Positions 1 through 20,295 of a DNA stretch of 64,000 nt are shown one piece after another. Each line of letters begins with the position of its first letter. The first letter of the stretch is position 1. This DNA is from Macrostomum lignano (taxonomy: Eukaryota), in assembly GCA_002269645.1 (NCBI GenBank), contig NIVC01003336.1, forward strand, positions 39,604-103,603. The letters run 5' to 3'. The position numbers were made by a program, and so were the translations under genes. The notes below the pieces were generated by a model that saw nothing but the letters and a program-made list of their open reading frames with translations, did no database searches and had not been told where the DNA came from.

Positions 1-450
1 TCATAACGATTTGTGACGATTCTGATAATGATTTGTGACGATTCTGATAATGATTTGTGATGATTCTCATAATGATTTGTGAAAATTCTGATAATGATTT
101 GTGATGATTCTGATAATGATTTGTGACGATTCTCATAATGATTTCGGGACAATTCTCATAATGATTTCGGGACAATTCTCATAATGATTTGTGACGATTC
201 TGATAATGATTTGTGATGATTCTGATAATGATTTGTGACGATTCTCATAATGATTTCGGGACAATTCTCATAATGATTTCGGGACAATTCTCATAATGAT
301 TTGTGACGATTCTGATAATGATTTGTGACGATTCTCATAATGATTTCGGGACAATTCTCATAATGATTTCGGGAAAATTCTCATAATGATTTGTGACGAT
401 TCTGATAATGATTTGTGACGATTCTCATAATGATTTGTGACGATTCTGAT
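1..450. repeat. 22-bp tandem minisatellite (attctgataatgatttgtgacg), runs off the window start
   Basis: ttgtgacg recurs at 11 and 33 (period 22); variant unit ttcgggacaattctc is interspersed. Confidence 0.95.
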
Positions 451-636
451 AACAGCCAACAGCTAGGTGATTCGGGATACTTGGCAATATTTAATAAGTT
501 TTAAGTGCTGCTAAGAGTTCAACAAAGTCTTTAAGGAAGCTAAAACTACAGTATATACTCAAGATCAAAGACAGACAGCAATTAGGAAGAAGAATAATAA
601 AAAAGTAAATTGTTCCCCGCGGATACGCGAACTTGG

Positions 637-712
637 CCAATGACGTCAATGCGGCTCGTCTAGCCATTCATTATCTACCTGTGCGAGTGCAACACGCCAG
701 GCGTGGGCGGGG
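637..712. promoter_or_regulatory. Cluster of promoter-like motifs (CCAAT, CRE, GC box)
   Basis: ccaat 637-641, palindromic tgacgtca 641-648, gggcgggg 705-712; no linked gene identified. Confidence 0.25.
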
Positions 713-1151
713 CTCTTAGACGCTAAAAAAGAGAGAAGTTGCTTTTCAAACTCGACTTGAAAAGAAGCAAGCCTTCAATTTCAGTTTAAAAAAACATCTC
801 GCGAAAATTGCTTTTGCAGGAAAGAAATTTAGTTGAAATCAGATGGAAAATTCATTTCCTAAAATCTCATAAAAATAAACTTATTTTAAGGTCAGCCACG
901 GTAAGGCAAGAGATTTGAGATGGGAGCAGTAGAAAGTGCATCAGCTGTTCTCCGTTAGTTTCGTGTGACATTTTATCGAGCCGCTTCTAGGAAAGCCAAC
1001 AACAGCTGAGACCCTATCAGTCGATTTATTGTGCGAAGCGAAAGTAACTGCTATAGAACGACTATGAAGAGCACGAATGAATGGAACAATTATACAAGTA
1101 CAACAGGTGGGTAATTAAAAAATTAAAGCTAAATTAGTCAACTAATTATGA

Positions 1152-1673
<522 letters not shown>

Positions 1674-2061
1674 TGAGAGTAATTTTCAGGTGACATTCGT
1701 TGTATTTTCCGGCGAAATTATAAGCATTCAGAATAACAAATAAAGCTCAGTATTGCGGCATCATTGTAGTCATAAGGGAAGTGCAAAAATACCCAAGGCC
1801 TTCATGTGAAAAGCTCTGTATCCAGTTTGCAATTTCCGATTAATATTGAGGCTTAATCATTTGCTCAAGCCAGCTAAATAATTGAGTATGAGCTGTACCG
1901 ACAACTTTTTATAGAGTTTTTCTAACGCATTCATTGGAACATGAAAGGCTGAGCTGTCGGTTGCACATCTGCCCATTAAGGCAGGTGTAATCAATCATTA
2001 TTATTATTATTATTATTGTTGGAGCATAATTTAGTTAGTCTAGTTTTTGAATGGATCCAGT

Positions 2062-4520
<2,459 letters not shown>

Positions 4521-5257
4521 TAATGAGAAAACAGTTATTGTTTTTCGTTGCCATAGCAACTGCAACAGGTCACCATGTACAGACATCGCAGAATTCAAAG
4601 TGTCGAACGGTACTTTATCTATCATATAGCGGACTCGTAGTTCTTGAAAATGAGAATCAAGTCACATGATTGATTTAGCATAACACAGACAGGTAGAGCA
4701 CACTAGCATGCATTCACACAATCGGCCAGAGGAAACAATTGCATGCTTTTTGTCTTCTATCTTTCTAAAAGCAGTCAGTTTTGTTTGATAAAAAACAAAA
4801 AGATCAGAGTGGCATTGTCAGTTTATTTTACCCGCGCAGACAGGTAGCTGATATTTTAATTTAGCAAATACTGGCTGAGCTATCAGTGCATCTGCTGAAG
4901 GAAATAGATGCTTTTATTTAAAAAACGTTACAGGGTTAACATCAAACGATAAACCATTGATTGTGCAATCAAGAAATCAACATGCCAACATTGGATGCAG
5001 ATTAATCTAGCTTAGAACAAAGAAAAGGACGGTTCGGATTATCGCTAATAGCTCCGCGGCCCAAGATTGTTCAAATCAATCTACTGATTTAATTCGAAAC
5101 GGCCCCAAGCTAGCTTATATATAGAAATTATATAGGAATAAGAGATCGCCTATTGATGCATGATTCCTAGTTGGCAAATTTTTAATTAAATTAATTGGCT
5201 ACCGCTACCCGTTAGACTGGCTCTATTTAAGGTAACCAGACTGTAGCCACACCTGAG

Positions 5258-5348
5258 CCGGTGATAGCTCAGTTGGTAGAGCGGAGGACTGTAGAAGTGC
5301 AACAAAGCAGCGATCCTTAGGTCGGTGGTTCAAATCCGCCTCACCGGA
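5258..5348 (+). tRNA. tRNA-Tyr(GTA) with 18-nt intron (5295-5312)
   Basis: Perfect acceptor stem CCGGTGA/TCACCGG; D-arm TAGCTCAGTTGGTAGAGC; anticodon GTA 5291-5293; ATCCTTAGG 3' exon start; T-loop GGTTCAAATCC; discriminator A. Confidence 0.95.
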
Positions 5349-5354
5349 GATTAC

Positions 5355-5360
5355 TTTTTT
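5355..5360 (+). terminator. RNA polymerase III terminator (T6) of tRNA-Tyr
   Basis: tttttt 6 nt after the tRNA 3' end. Confidence 0.8.
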
Positions 5361-6084
5361 ATAAAGCTAAATTCGAAATCGAAATTTTAAACAAATTATT
5401 TTTAGACCTCGCTAGTCAGTGAGGAAGATGCACCTCATTATTTTTTTCTTGCAAATCTGTCTATTTAATGACGCATTCGTCAGCTATAAAAGTGAATACA
5501 TTTTTTAACGCCAAAGAAAGTGTTCTACGCTACATATCGGCGAATCCAAAACGCACACGGAGCGGTTTCCTTATGATTTATAGCTGATATTCATTTAAGT
5601 TTTAAAGATTTTTTCTTTAATGCAACGTCCTGACGTTACTTTCCAAAATCAATTATTAAAAAATGAATCGTAGATTTCAAAGCCTAAGAAAGTGCCCTAT
5701 CTACAAAGTTTACTACGCAACATATCGGCAAAATTGACTGAGCGAATTCGTCAACAAAATTTGGATGAATATGTATATCTGCGTAGTGAAAATAAGGCTG
5801 AAAGCAGAAATTTTAAATCTTTCAATATTTATTTATTGTTAAACAATAGAATTTGATTTAAAGTGTTAAAATTCACAAACGTATCGTTGATAATAAAAAG
5901 GCCTAAAATTCAAACTTTTTATGGGGCAAAGCTCGTAAAATAGAGCAGAAAAAACTGGTTAGAATCAATGAAGCATTTAAAATGATAAAAACACACTATA
6001 GGTATGGCGCATGATACACGTATCCTTTTGGCCTCTCACAGTATGGTATATTGTCGCGTTGGCTGGGATATATAAACACGCAAT

Positions 6085-6755
6085 CAGCTGACAGATGAGC
6101 TGACACAAAGCCTGTCAGATAAACTGACACAAAAACAGTCCTGTCAGACAAGCTGACACAAACCAGTCCTGTCAGACGAGCTGACACAAATCAGTCCTGT
6201 CAGATGAGCTGACACAAATCAGTCCTGTCAGATGAGCTGACACAAACCAGTCCTGTCAGATGAGCTGACACAAACCAGTCCTGTCAGACGAGCTGACACA
6301 AACCAGTCCTGTCAGACGAGCTGACACAAACCAGTCCTGTCAGACGAGCTGACACAAATCAGTCCTGTCAGATGAGCGGACACAAACCAGTCCTGTCAGA
6401 CGAGCTGACACAAACCAGTCTTGTCAGACGAGCTGACACAAACCAGTTTTGTCAGACGAGCTGACACAAACCAGTCCTGTCAGACGAGCTGACACAAACC
6501 AGTCCTGTCAGACGAGCTGACACAAACCAGTCCTGTCAGATGAACTGACACAAACCAGTCCTGTCAGACGAGCTGACACAAACCAGTCCTGTCAGATGAA
6601 CTGACACAAATCAGTCCTGTCAGACGAGCTGACACAAAACCAGTCCTGTCAGATGAACTGACACAAATCAGTCCTGTCAGACGAGCTGACACAAACCAGT
6701 CCTGTCAGATGAGCTGACACACACAAGCCCCGTCAGATGAGCTGAGCTGACACAA
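6085..6755. repeat. 28-bp tandem minisatellite (cagacgagctgacacaaaccagtcctgt), ~23 copies
   Basis: Direct reading. Confidence 0.95.
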
Positions 6756-6815
6756 AATTGTTTTGTCGCAAAACCTGCAAAAAGACCTAAAGTAATAAAA
6801 AACCTTGAAACAGTC

Positions 6816-7135
6816 AGTGGCACATAGCGGTGTTCGGGGTTCAAGTCATTGATTTCGGGTTTTTTTAATCAAATTTTCTGAATTACCATGAAACTACAAA
6901 AAATCGTTAGAAATGAGTAATTTTGCATTTTATACTCCATATGCGCCGAGAGAAATAAAAGGAACTTTCAAATTTGTGAGCTAATCAGAGGGTCAGACTG
7001 GATAGAGAAACCGTACTTCATGACATAAAAGATGTGCGAATCAAACACATTTTTTACGCTCCCTCGGTGCCTGATCCCCTGACTCAGTTAAGTAACCCCG
7101 AACGCCGAAAAATGGCCTTCCCGAACACCCCTAAG
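6816..7135. mobile_element. Probable decayed MITE
   Basis: cagtggcacatagcggtgttcggggt at the left versus accccgaacgcc and cccgaacaccc at the right (imperfect inverted repeat); no TSD found. Confidence 0.35.
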
Positions 7136-7509
7136 CACAATATTTCTCGAGTATTCAAACTTGAATAATGAATTATTAAACTGTAAATTTAATTTTAAAA
7201 AGGCGGAGGAACTTGATCAGCAATTGGGCAACTTGGCTGTTTGTACAAATCTAAACAAAATATCATTAGAGAAATATTATATCATATTGGACGATTGTTG
7301 GAAAGATCTGCAATCGAATCTAAATGTACAAAATAAATTAAGTTCTGAGAGATAAATCTAAAAACATAAGAATAGAAATTTCATACTGAGCATCTGGGAG
7401 GGTGTTGCGGTGGCCCAGCCACTGAGGATCTGGACATCTAGAGTGATAGCGCAGTGATCCAAACGCTAGAGTATACACAGAACACTCTTATACATGTATA
7501 GTAAGTTAG

Positions 7510-9970
<2,461 letters not shown>

Positions 9971-10011
9971 TAGCTGTAGTTTATAATATGCGTGTTATAT
10001 TTTAAATTTTA

Positions 10012-10340
10012 AGTACTCTACTAGTATCTAGTACACCCCTACGAGTATCTAGTACACTCCTACCAGTATCTAGTACACTCCTACGAGTATCTAGTACACT
10101 CCTACCAGTATCTAGTGCACCCCTACGAGTATCTAGTGCACCCCTACGAGTATCTAGTGCACCCCTACCAGTATCTAGTGCACCCCTACGAGTATCTAGT
10201 GCACCCCTACGAGTATCTAGTGCACCCCTACCAGTATCTAGTGCACCCCTACGAGTATCTAGTGCACCCCCACCGGTAGCTAGTACACCCCTACGAGTAT
10301 CTAGTGCACCCCCACCGGTAGCTAGTACATCCCTACCGGT
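10012..10340. repeat. 21-bp tandem minisatellite (gtatctagtgcacccctacga), ~15 copies
   Basis: Direct reading; 7-aa periodicity of the spurious ORF. Confidence 0.93.
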
Positions 10341-10559
10341 ACACAAAAATCAACAAATAAATAAAGAGCAACATACATGTACAGTATCAGACCGAAGCCA
10401 TAACAAGTATTTTTATTTCTGAACACAGCAATAAACCAGTGAACAATACAATAGCACAAGGCATAGACGCTGTACGAGCTAAATACTATATCTTTTACAT
10501 AGGCTTAGTATATAATAGAATAGAATGTCTGAGAAGAATGTAACATAAATAGATAAAAC

Positions 10560-11663
10560 CAGTGTTGGGCACTTCCGTTACCGAGTAACTTGCAAATGGT
10601 AACGCAAGTTACTTTTTCGTAAAGCGTTCCTTACGCAAGTTACTTTTTTATTTTAGTAACGGAGTAACGGTAAGTTACTCAAATTTCGGAAGTCCGTTAC
10701 AGTTACTTTGCAACAATCGCAATATTTAAATTAAAAACTGAAATGCTTAGCTAGTACGCCGGTTGTCACATGTTTTTGCATTTTTCATTCATAAATTCAA
10801 AATTAAGTGAATAGTATCATATGGTATTGCGTTTAATTAATGAAGAAATACTTGAAACATGTATTACTTTGTTAATATTGGTAAAATATTTTCGCCTTTC
10901 ATTGAGGCTTTTCATATTACCAATTCCAGAATCAGAATCGGTTCGGATCTTCCAAGAAAAACAGCAGTATAACTATTTAATTCTGTTGAATGTTTGACTG
11001 CCTTAACAACCTCACATAGCACAATTTTTCACTTTCTTCTTAGCGATTTTCATTCAATAATAAAAACTTTATAGCACGTATCTCCCTCTAGTTATGGAGA
11101 CAAAAAGTTATACTTCACAAATTGGTTCTGATTCTGGAACCAGAACTAGCTATATGAAAAGGCCCATTTTCGTTACTAAAAATTTTCAAGTTTGATTCAA
11201 ACAAACAACCAAAGAAAGAAATTCATCTGTAGCCTCCACAAGTCCCTCCACTGGCACTGCAGTACACTACACCATTTTATACAGTTCTATTTATTTTACT
11301 CTATTGAATTATTGATATTCGTTTATTTTATCATTTATAATTTTAATTATTGATTGCCATTGCCCATTGGTCCTTCTATTTGCCTCACATCGTGTCGCCA
11401 ATTCCTGTCTCTGTCTGTTAATCGGTTAATCCCAATGCCCAATGGCAAATTTCGGTAACAACAATGTGAAAAAATGTGCAATGTGAAAAAAGCAGAAAAT
11501 TTTGTTAATAACATGGGTAACGGAAGTGAGTAACGGACAGTAACTTAAAAGTTACCAGGTTTTTGTCTAAAGTTACTAGGCTAACGTAAGTTACTTTTTA
11601 AAAATTGGTAACTTAAGTTACAGTAACGCAAGTTACTTTTTTTAAGTAACTTGCCCAACACTG
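10560..11663. mobile_element. Non-autonomous hAT DNA transposon, 1104 bp
   Basis: TIR cagtgttgggca/tgcccaacactg; perfect 8-bp TSD gataaaac (10552-10559, 11664-11671); dense subterminal gtaac/gttac motifs. Confidence 0.9.
10886..11163. mobile_element. Small inverted-repeat element nested in the hAT element
   Basis: ggcttttcatatt...ttccagaatcagaatc versus ggttctgattctggaa...atatgaaaaggcc. Confidence 0.5.
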
Positions 11664-11899
11664 GATAAAACAAACACTGATTAGAGCCAACCCAACACCC
11701 ATATCTATTGTCTGCAATATATGGATCTATTCAATCGAAATAAATAGGAAATCATATAATAAATAAGCAAAATAAGCACACAGAAGCGAGTCATTAACTT
11801 CTAATACACAATAGGAACAACCTGATACCTACAGAGTGAAAGCTTAATGAGTGTACGCAGAGGTTCGTATCAATAATAATCATTGCTGCTGGAGGGCAA

Positions 11900-12100
11900 C
11901 GTAACAGGGTGTACAGCGGCTCGGACTGTCTAATCGTCAGGCATGTACACTCTGTGCCTTGGGGGTTGGCCATCATGGGTGTGAATCGCACGAGACAACC
12001 CGTAGCAAAATTTAGTGCCCCCCCCAATCGAACCAGGGATTGTTCTCTGCCCGTTGCATTTGCTAATGCATATTTACCGGCTGTCTCCCAGGCCCCGAAA
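11900..12100 (-). mobile_element. tRNA-derived SINE, family A (minus-strand copy)
   Basis: Reverse complement carries B box ggttcgatt and the core ggccaacccccaaggcacagagtgtacatgcctgacgattagacagtc shared with the copies at 17.3, 44.1 and 46.0 kb. Confidence 0.7.
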
Positions 12101-13181
12101 ACCCAGGGGTTTAGGCCACAGCCACCAGCTGCTAATGCTTGAGAGCAGCAGAAGCTATAGTCTATGGTCTGAGCCCCGGGGTTAATCGGCTTATTTAGCA
12201 AGTTCACTGCAAAGAATCTATACTTTGTACACCATTCTAGCCACAACTTGTGCCATAGACAAAAAAAGCTTGGTGACCGGAGGGGGTGGGTGGATTCTAA
12301 AAATCGGCTTCAGATTTTCATCCTTATTGGCACTCTATACTAGGCGACCTCAATACTCTTTGGTCCAAGGCTTGCACAACTGTGGAAAGGATTAATAGCG
12401 CGCCCAAATTCTCAAATTGGTTGCTCCACAGACTCCCTTTCGGGCCATAGACAATGAAAAGCAAGTCTTCAATAGCTTGATTTTCCCACTAAGGATTAAA
12501 TTGCTTGCTCCTAGGCTCAATTATTGGCTTGAAAATGCTATATTATTCGTTCTTCAAAAAATCGAATCAGCTAGACAGGCTTGCAAATGTCAATTTAGTT
12601 TCTAAGAAAGCAGAAGAAAAAATCGAAATCCGCTGTGTAACTGACTGAGAAGTGTGACCTTTCACAACTATATCCTACATCTCTCCTATTAGATGAGTCT
12701 GCTTGACTAGTCAAATAAAACCAACAGGTCTGACAGGGAACTGACAGACAGAGAATTTGCAGCTTGCGTGATGAGGAAATCCGGTTCAACAGCCGCAGCA
12801 CAGGGCAGAAGACACAGACAAGACACCAATAATTAAAGCAAAAGCTAGTTTAACATACCATATCAGCTTTATTAACAGAAGGAATCAAAGGAGAGAAAAT
12901 ATATGAATAAAAGTACACTATTGTTTTTGTGTACAAATTAAACTAGAAACAAGGCCTAATGTATTGCATTAAATAAATAAATAAGTAATACTATAAATAA
13001 TACTAATAGATATCGCCTAAATCCAGATGCTAATCTTATTTCACCTGCTCAAGAAGTCCATCTGTGTACTCTAGTCTAATTAAAACTAGAACGCCTTAAC
13101 AAATTACGATTAAAGTACAATTATATGACATCTTGAATTTATGAACTTGCAGTTCAATGTGGCCCAAGCTTAGTGCTCTGA

Positions 13182-14521
<1,340 letters not shown>

Positions 14522-14802
14522 GCTTTATTTTATAGGCGCAGTTCCAAAGCTGCAACATGAATTTTAAGTTCTGGGTGCACTTTTTTGGTTGGCCACAATT
14601 TTGATACAGAGACTGTCAATGGTGCCAAAATATCAATAGCCGTAGCAACACGGATATTGGTAGCTCTACGAGTACTGTTAATGCCAATATGGAATACAAA
14701 ATTTGAGGTCTGGGCACCAATCATAACGCGCTGTGCCCTAACTATGATTTTAATTGTAGAATCTAGAAGACGACCTATAATTGGTAAGTGATTGAAGTTT
14801 TA

Positions 14803-16060
14803 CAGCACGGTTTAGAGACCAGACATCTATCTACAGCACAGTTTAGAGACCAGACATCTATCTACAGCACGGTTTAGAGACCAGCCATCTATCTACAGCA
14901 CGGTTTAGAGACCAGTCATCTATCTACAGCACAGTTTAGAGACCAGACATCTATCTACAGCACAGTTTAGAGACCAGTCATCTATCTACAGCACAGTTTA
15001 GAGACCAGACATCTATCTACAGCACAGTTTAGAGACCAGTCATCTATCTACAGCACAGTTTAGAGACCAGACATCTATCTACAGCACAGTTTAGAGACCA
15101 GTCATCTATCTACAGCACAGTTTAGAGACCAGACATCTATCTACAGCACAGTTTAGAGACCAGTCATCTATCTACAGCACAGTTTAGAGACCAGACATCT
15201 ATCTACAGCACAGTTTAGAGACCAGACATCTATCTACAGCACAGTTTAGAGACCAGTCATCTATCTACAGCACAGTTTAGAGACCAGACATCTATCTACA
15301 GCACAGTTTAGAGGACCAGTCATCTATCTACAGCACAGTTTAGAGACCAGACATCTATCTACAGCACAGTTTAGAGACCAGTCATCTATCTACAGCACAG
15401 TTTAGAGACCAGACATCTATCTACAGCACAGTTTAGAGACCAGACATCTATCTACAGCACGGTTTAGAGACCAGTCATCTATCTACAGCACAGTTTAGAG
15501 ACCAGACATCTATCTACAGCACAGTTTAGAGACCAGTCATCTATCTACAGCACAGTTTAGAGACCAGTCATCTATCTACAGCACAGTTTAGAGACCAGAC
15601 ATCTATCTACAGCACAGTTTAGAGACCAGACATATGTCTACAGCACAGTTTAGAGACCAGACATCTATCTACAGCACAGTTTAGAGACCAGACATCTATC
15701 TACAGCACAGTTTAGAGACCAGACATCTATCTACAGCACAGTTTAGAGACCAGACATCTGTCTACAGCACAGTTTAGAGACCAGACATCTATCTACAGCA
15801 CAGTTTAGAGACCAGACATCTATCTACAGCACAGTTTAGAGACCAGACATCTATCTACAGCACAGTTTAGAGACCAGACATCTGTCTACAGCACAGTTTA
15901 GAGACCAGACATCTATCTACAGCACAGTTTAGAGACCAGACATCTATCTACAGCACAGTTTAGAGACCAGACATCTATCTACAGCACAGTTTAGAGACCA
16001 GACATCTGTCTACAGCAAGGTTTAGAGACCAGACATCTGTCTACAGCACGGTTTAGAGAC
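14803..16060. repeat. 31-bp tandem minisatellite (acagcacagtttagagaccagacatctatct), ~40 copies
   Basis: Direct reading. Confidence 0.96.
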
Positions 16061-16128
16061 TATACTTCTTATTTACAGGGAAGTTATCGACTTTTTTCTT
16101 ATCTACTACGTTGGTGGGTTTAAAGATA

Positions 16129-16630
16129 CAAGGGCTGTCCCAAAAGTACTTATACTTTTCACTATATCTCTTGTTCTGCTGATCGAAATAACATCATTTT
16201 GCACAGATTCATAGCGGCAACTCTCTTCTTTATATTATCTTTAACATCATTAAAAACAGACAATGGAAACAAAAGTTATAAACTAAAATGTAGCAGGACC
16301 TCGACCATAGACTTACAGTAAGTCAACAAGTTAACAAAATTTCGAAATGGTAGCTGACAAACGGGTAACTGGCTGCAGTGAATGCTACAAAATGACTGCT
16401 AAGACCCATGAGCCGGTGAAAGTTGAGCATGAATCTCGGCTCAACTGTGCCCCGTCCCCCAAAAGGTGTATGAAAAGTTAGTTCATAACTTTTGTTTCCA
16501 TTGTCTGTTTTTAATGATGTTAAAGATAATATAAAGAAGAGAGTTGCCGCTATAAATCTGTGCAAAATGATGTTATTTGGATCAGCTACTATTAACTACT
16601 AACTATTAACTACTTTTGGGACAGCCCTCG
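16129..16630. mobile_element. Tc1/mariner-type MITE, 502 bp
   Basis: TIR c(a/g)agggctgtcccaaaagta, TA on both flanks, long internal inverted arms (aaataacatcattttgcacag...). Confidence 0.85.
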
Positions 16631-17343
16631 TAATATAAGGCAACGCCTGGTGAGAAATTTTGCTTAGCTGAACTAGAAGCCAAAATGTAACTTGGTTTAA
16701 CTGATCGTAAATCCAGCTTGCTTCCGGTAGGTATAGAGGAAAGTATAATGTTTTCTTTATAGGGTTAATAACAATCCAAAGTAAAAAGTGCAATTTTATA
16801 AACACATGCGAAAGCGAGTGTTTACAAACACGGTTTCTATCAGCGACCTTGCAACAAACCATGCGGCTTGATAATGTAGATGATCAAGCCACAAAGTTTT
16901 CCACATTAAATTGAAGCCGTCTCTGGGTGAAATTAAAAAGCTCAACTAACTGCTCAGCCCACCTGCCTGAACTGACTGCTTTCAGCTGGTTAAACTCTGC
17001 ATCATATTAATAGCCCAGATGCGTGATTAGAAAGCAGCTTGAGCGCAAAGGAAAACAAGCATTTTATAAACCGCCAGCTAGAGGGTCCGCCAGTGCAAAA
17101 AACAAAAACAGATGGCTGTGCCTCCTACACAAATTTCGTCATAGGAATACTAATTATGACGATAATGACGATAATAGATGGGAAAGTTTAGAAATTGCAC
17201 CTGGCGAGCAGTTTGGGATATTTATCCTCGGGTAAACACAGGGATAAGATAAAGTGACGAAGATAAAAACTTTTTATGCAGAAACTCTATTGAAACTGAT
17301 GGAATTGAATAAAATTAATATCGCTATAGGATATTAATTAAGA

Positions 17344-17655
17344 AGGGGGGTCGAAGCCCAGTGGCGCTAGCGCGGGTCTCTGATGTGCCAGCGGCCCAGG
17401 CTCGATTCCACGTTGAGTCACATCAACTAAATTGGGCTAAATTGGAATCTAAGCTTGGCTCTGCTCGGGCCAATTAACACCCTGGAGGGCCAACCCCCAA
17501 GGCACAGTGAAGTGTACATGCCTAACGATAAATACAGTTAGGGCCGCTGTACACTCCTGTGTGAGTGTGTGCCTGCTCAGGGGAGTCGGCGGAATGGGGA
17601 GTAATGCCTTTCGCTGGTTGTGGGACAATGTCGCTTAAAGTGCGCCAGGGTACCC
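17344..17655 (+). mobile_element. tRNA-derived SINE, family A
   Basis: A-box-like tggcgctagcgcgg, B-box-like gctcgattcc, shared core ggccaacccccaaggcacag, 3' part cctgctcaggggagtcggcg...tgtcgcttaaagtg shared with the 44.1 kb copy. Confidence 0.75.
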
Positions 17656-17699
17656 CTATTCTAAAAAAGTACAGATATAAGAAGAAGATTATTGAGGAT

Positions 17700-19716
17700 A
17701 AGGGAGGATGGGATAGCAGCTCACAGTGAAAGGGGATGGGATAGCAGCCCACAGTGAAAGGGGATGGGATAGCAGCCCACAGTGAAAGGGGGATGGGATA
17801 GCAGCCCACAGTGAAGAGAGGGATGGGATAGCAGCCCACAGTGAAGAGAGGGATGGGATAGCAGCTCACAGTGAAGAGAGGGATGGGATAGCAGCCCACA
17901 GTGAAAGGGGTGGGATAGCAGCCCACAGTGAAAGGGGGATGGGATAGCAGCCCACAGTGAAGAGAGGGATGGGATAGCAGCTCACAGTGAAAGGGGATGG
18001 GATAGCAGCCCACAGTGAAAGGGGATGGGATAGCAGCCCACAGTGAAGGAGGATGGGATAGCAGCTCACAGTGAAGAGAGGGATGGGATAGCAGCCCACA
18101 GTGAAGAGAGGGATGGGATAGCAGCCCACAGTGAAGAGAGGGATGGGATAGCAGCTCACAGTGAAAGGGGATGGGATAGCAGCCCACAGTGAAGGAGGAT
18201 GGGATAGCAGCCCACAGTGAAGGAGGATGGGATAGCAGCTCACAGTGAAGAGAGGGATGGGATAGCAGCCCACAGTGAAGAGAGGGATGGGATAGCAGCC
18301 CACAGTGAAGAGAGGGATGGGATAGCAGCTCACAGTGAAAGGGGATGGGATAGCAGCCCACAGTGAAGGAGGATGGGATAGCAGCTCACAGTGAAGAGAG
18401 GGATGGGATAGCAGCCCACAGTGAAGAGAGGGATGGGATAGCAGCCCACAGTGAAGAGAGGGATGGGATAGCAGCTCACAGTGAAGAGAGGGATGGGATA
18501 GCAGCTCACAGTGAAGAGAGGGATGAGATAGCAGCTCACAGTGAAGAGAGGGATGGGATAGCAGCCCACAGTGAAGAGAGGGATGGGATAGCAGCCCACA
18601 GTGAAGGAGGATGGGATAGCAGCCCACAGTGAAGGAGGATGGGATAGCAGCCCACAGTGAAGGAGGATGGGATAGCAGCCCACAGTGAAGGAGGATGGGA
18701 TAGCAGCCCACAGTGAAGGAGGATGGGATAGCAGCCCACAGTGAAGGAGGATGGGATAGCAGCTCACAGTGAAGGAGGATGGGATAGCAGCCCACAGTGA
18801 AGGAGGATGGGATAGCAGCCCACAGTGAAGGAGGATGGGATAGCAGCCCACAGTGAAGGAGGATGGGATAGCAGCCCACAGTGAAGGAGGATGGGATAGC
18901 AGCTCACAGTGAAGGAGGATGGGATAGCAGCCCACAGTGAAGGAGGATGGGATAGCAGCCCACAGTGAAGGAGGATGGGATAGCAGCCCACAGTGAAGGA
19001 GGATGGGATAGCAGCTCACAGTGAAGGAGGATGGGATAGCAGCCCACAGTGAAGGAGGATGGGATAGCAGCCCACAGTGAAGGAGGATGGGATAGCAGCC
19101 CACAGTGAAGGAGGATGGGATAGCAGCCCACAGTGAAGGAGGATGGGATAGCAGCTCACAGTGAAAGGGGATGGGATAGCAGCCCACAGTGAAGAGAGGG
19201 ATGGGATAGCAGCTCACAGTGAAAGGGGATGGGATAGCAGCCCACAGTGAAGGAGGATGGGATAGCAGCTCACAGTGAAGAGAGGGATGGGATAGCAGCC
19301 CACAGTGAAGGAGGATGGGATAGCAGCCCACAGTGAAGGAGGATGGGATAGCAGCCCACAGTGAAGAGAGGGATGGGATAGCAGCTCACAGTGAAGAGAG
19401 GGATGGGATAGCAGCCCACAGTGAAGGAGGATGGGATAGCAGCCCACAGTGAAGGAGGATGGGATAGCAGCCCACAGTGAAGGAGGATGGGATAGCAGCC
19501 CACAGTGAAGGAGGATGGGATAGCAGCCCACAGTGAAGGAGGATGGGATAGCAGCCCACAGTGAAAGGGGTGGGATAGCAGCCCACAGTGAAGGAGGATG
19601 GGATAGCAGCCCACAGTGAAGGAGGATGGGATAGCAGCCCACAGTGAAGGAGGATGGGATAGCAGCCCACAGTGAAGGAGGATGGGATAGCAGCTCACAG
19701 TGAAGAGAGGGATGGG
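17700..19716. repeat. 28-30-bp tandem minisatellite (gatgggatagcagcccacagtgaaggag and variants), ~70 copies
   Basis: Direct reading; length variants gaaggag, gaaagggg, gaagagagg. Confidence 0.97.
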
Positions 19717-19899
19717 TATTATTAATTTTGCAACAGAGAAATTAATACATTTGATAAACTCCAATGAGTTCTGTACTAAAAATGTGAAATAAAAAAATGA
19801 CAATAATATCAACCAAACATCAGTGCAAAGCGTTTTTTTGAAATTTTATTACCACTTGTTTAAAACAAAGAGAATGCTGCTGTTGTTACTTACAACAGA

Positions 19900-20295
19900 C
19901 CACACACACAGATTCACAAACACTAGATGCGTCAACTCAATATAAAACATTGGTCACTGTTTCGCTCGATTCCACACATAGAATGCCGGTTCACATGTTA
20001 ACCCCTCACTGTTGCAGAATCGAAACTTGCGGAAAATCTAATGAGCATGAAGTTATATTGAAACCACTTGAGAAATAACGTCATCCTCGAAGTGCCTGAA
20101 GCCAGTTTGTTGCAATCGCGTCACTCAGTGGAAAATGCTTCAATTGAACACGATAGTGTTTATAATACCTGAATATGCAGAACATATCTTGAGGCGAAAC
20201 CGACATTCTATATGTGTGGATTCGAGCGAAGAAAGTGACCACTTTTCATATTGAATTGACGCACTTTCTAGCGTTTTTAGAATCTGTGCAACAGA
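19900..20295. mobile_element. MITE-like element with ~85-bp imperfect inverted arms
   Basis: cacagattc...gcgtcaactcaatat...ttcgctcgattccacacatagaatg versus its reverse complement at 20200-20290. Confidence 0.65.

Noticed and set aside
14803-16060. Regular 28-50-bp arrays resembling CRISPR (also 6085, 17700, 26440)
   Set aside because: No unique spacers, no cas genes, and a eukaryotic context with spliceosomal introns
17522-19812. Many long Cys/His/Pro-rich ORFs up to 337 aa
   Set aside because: By-products of the 28-30-bp minisatellite
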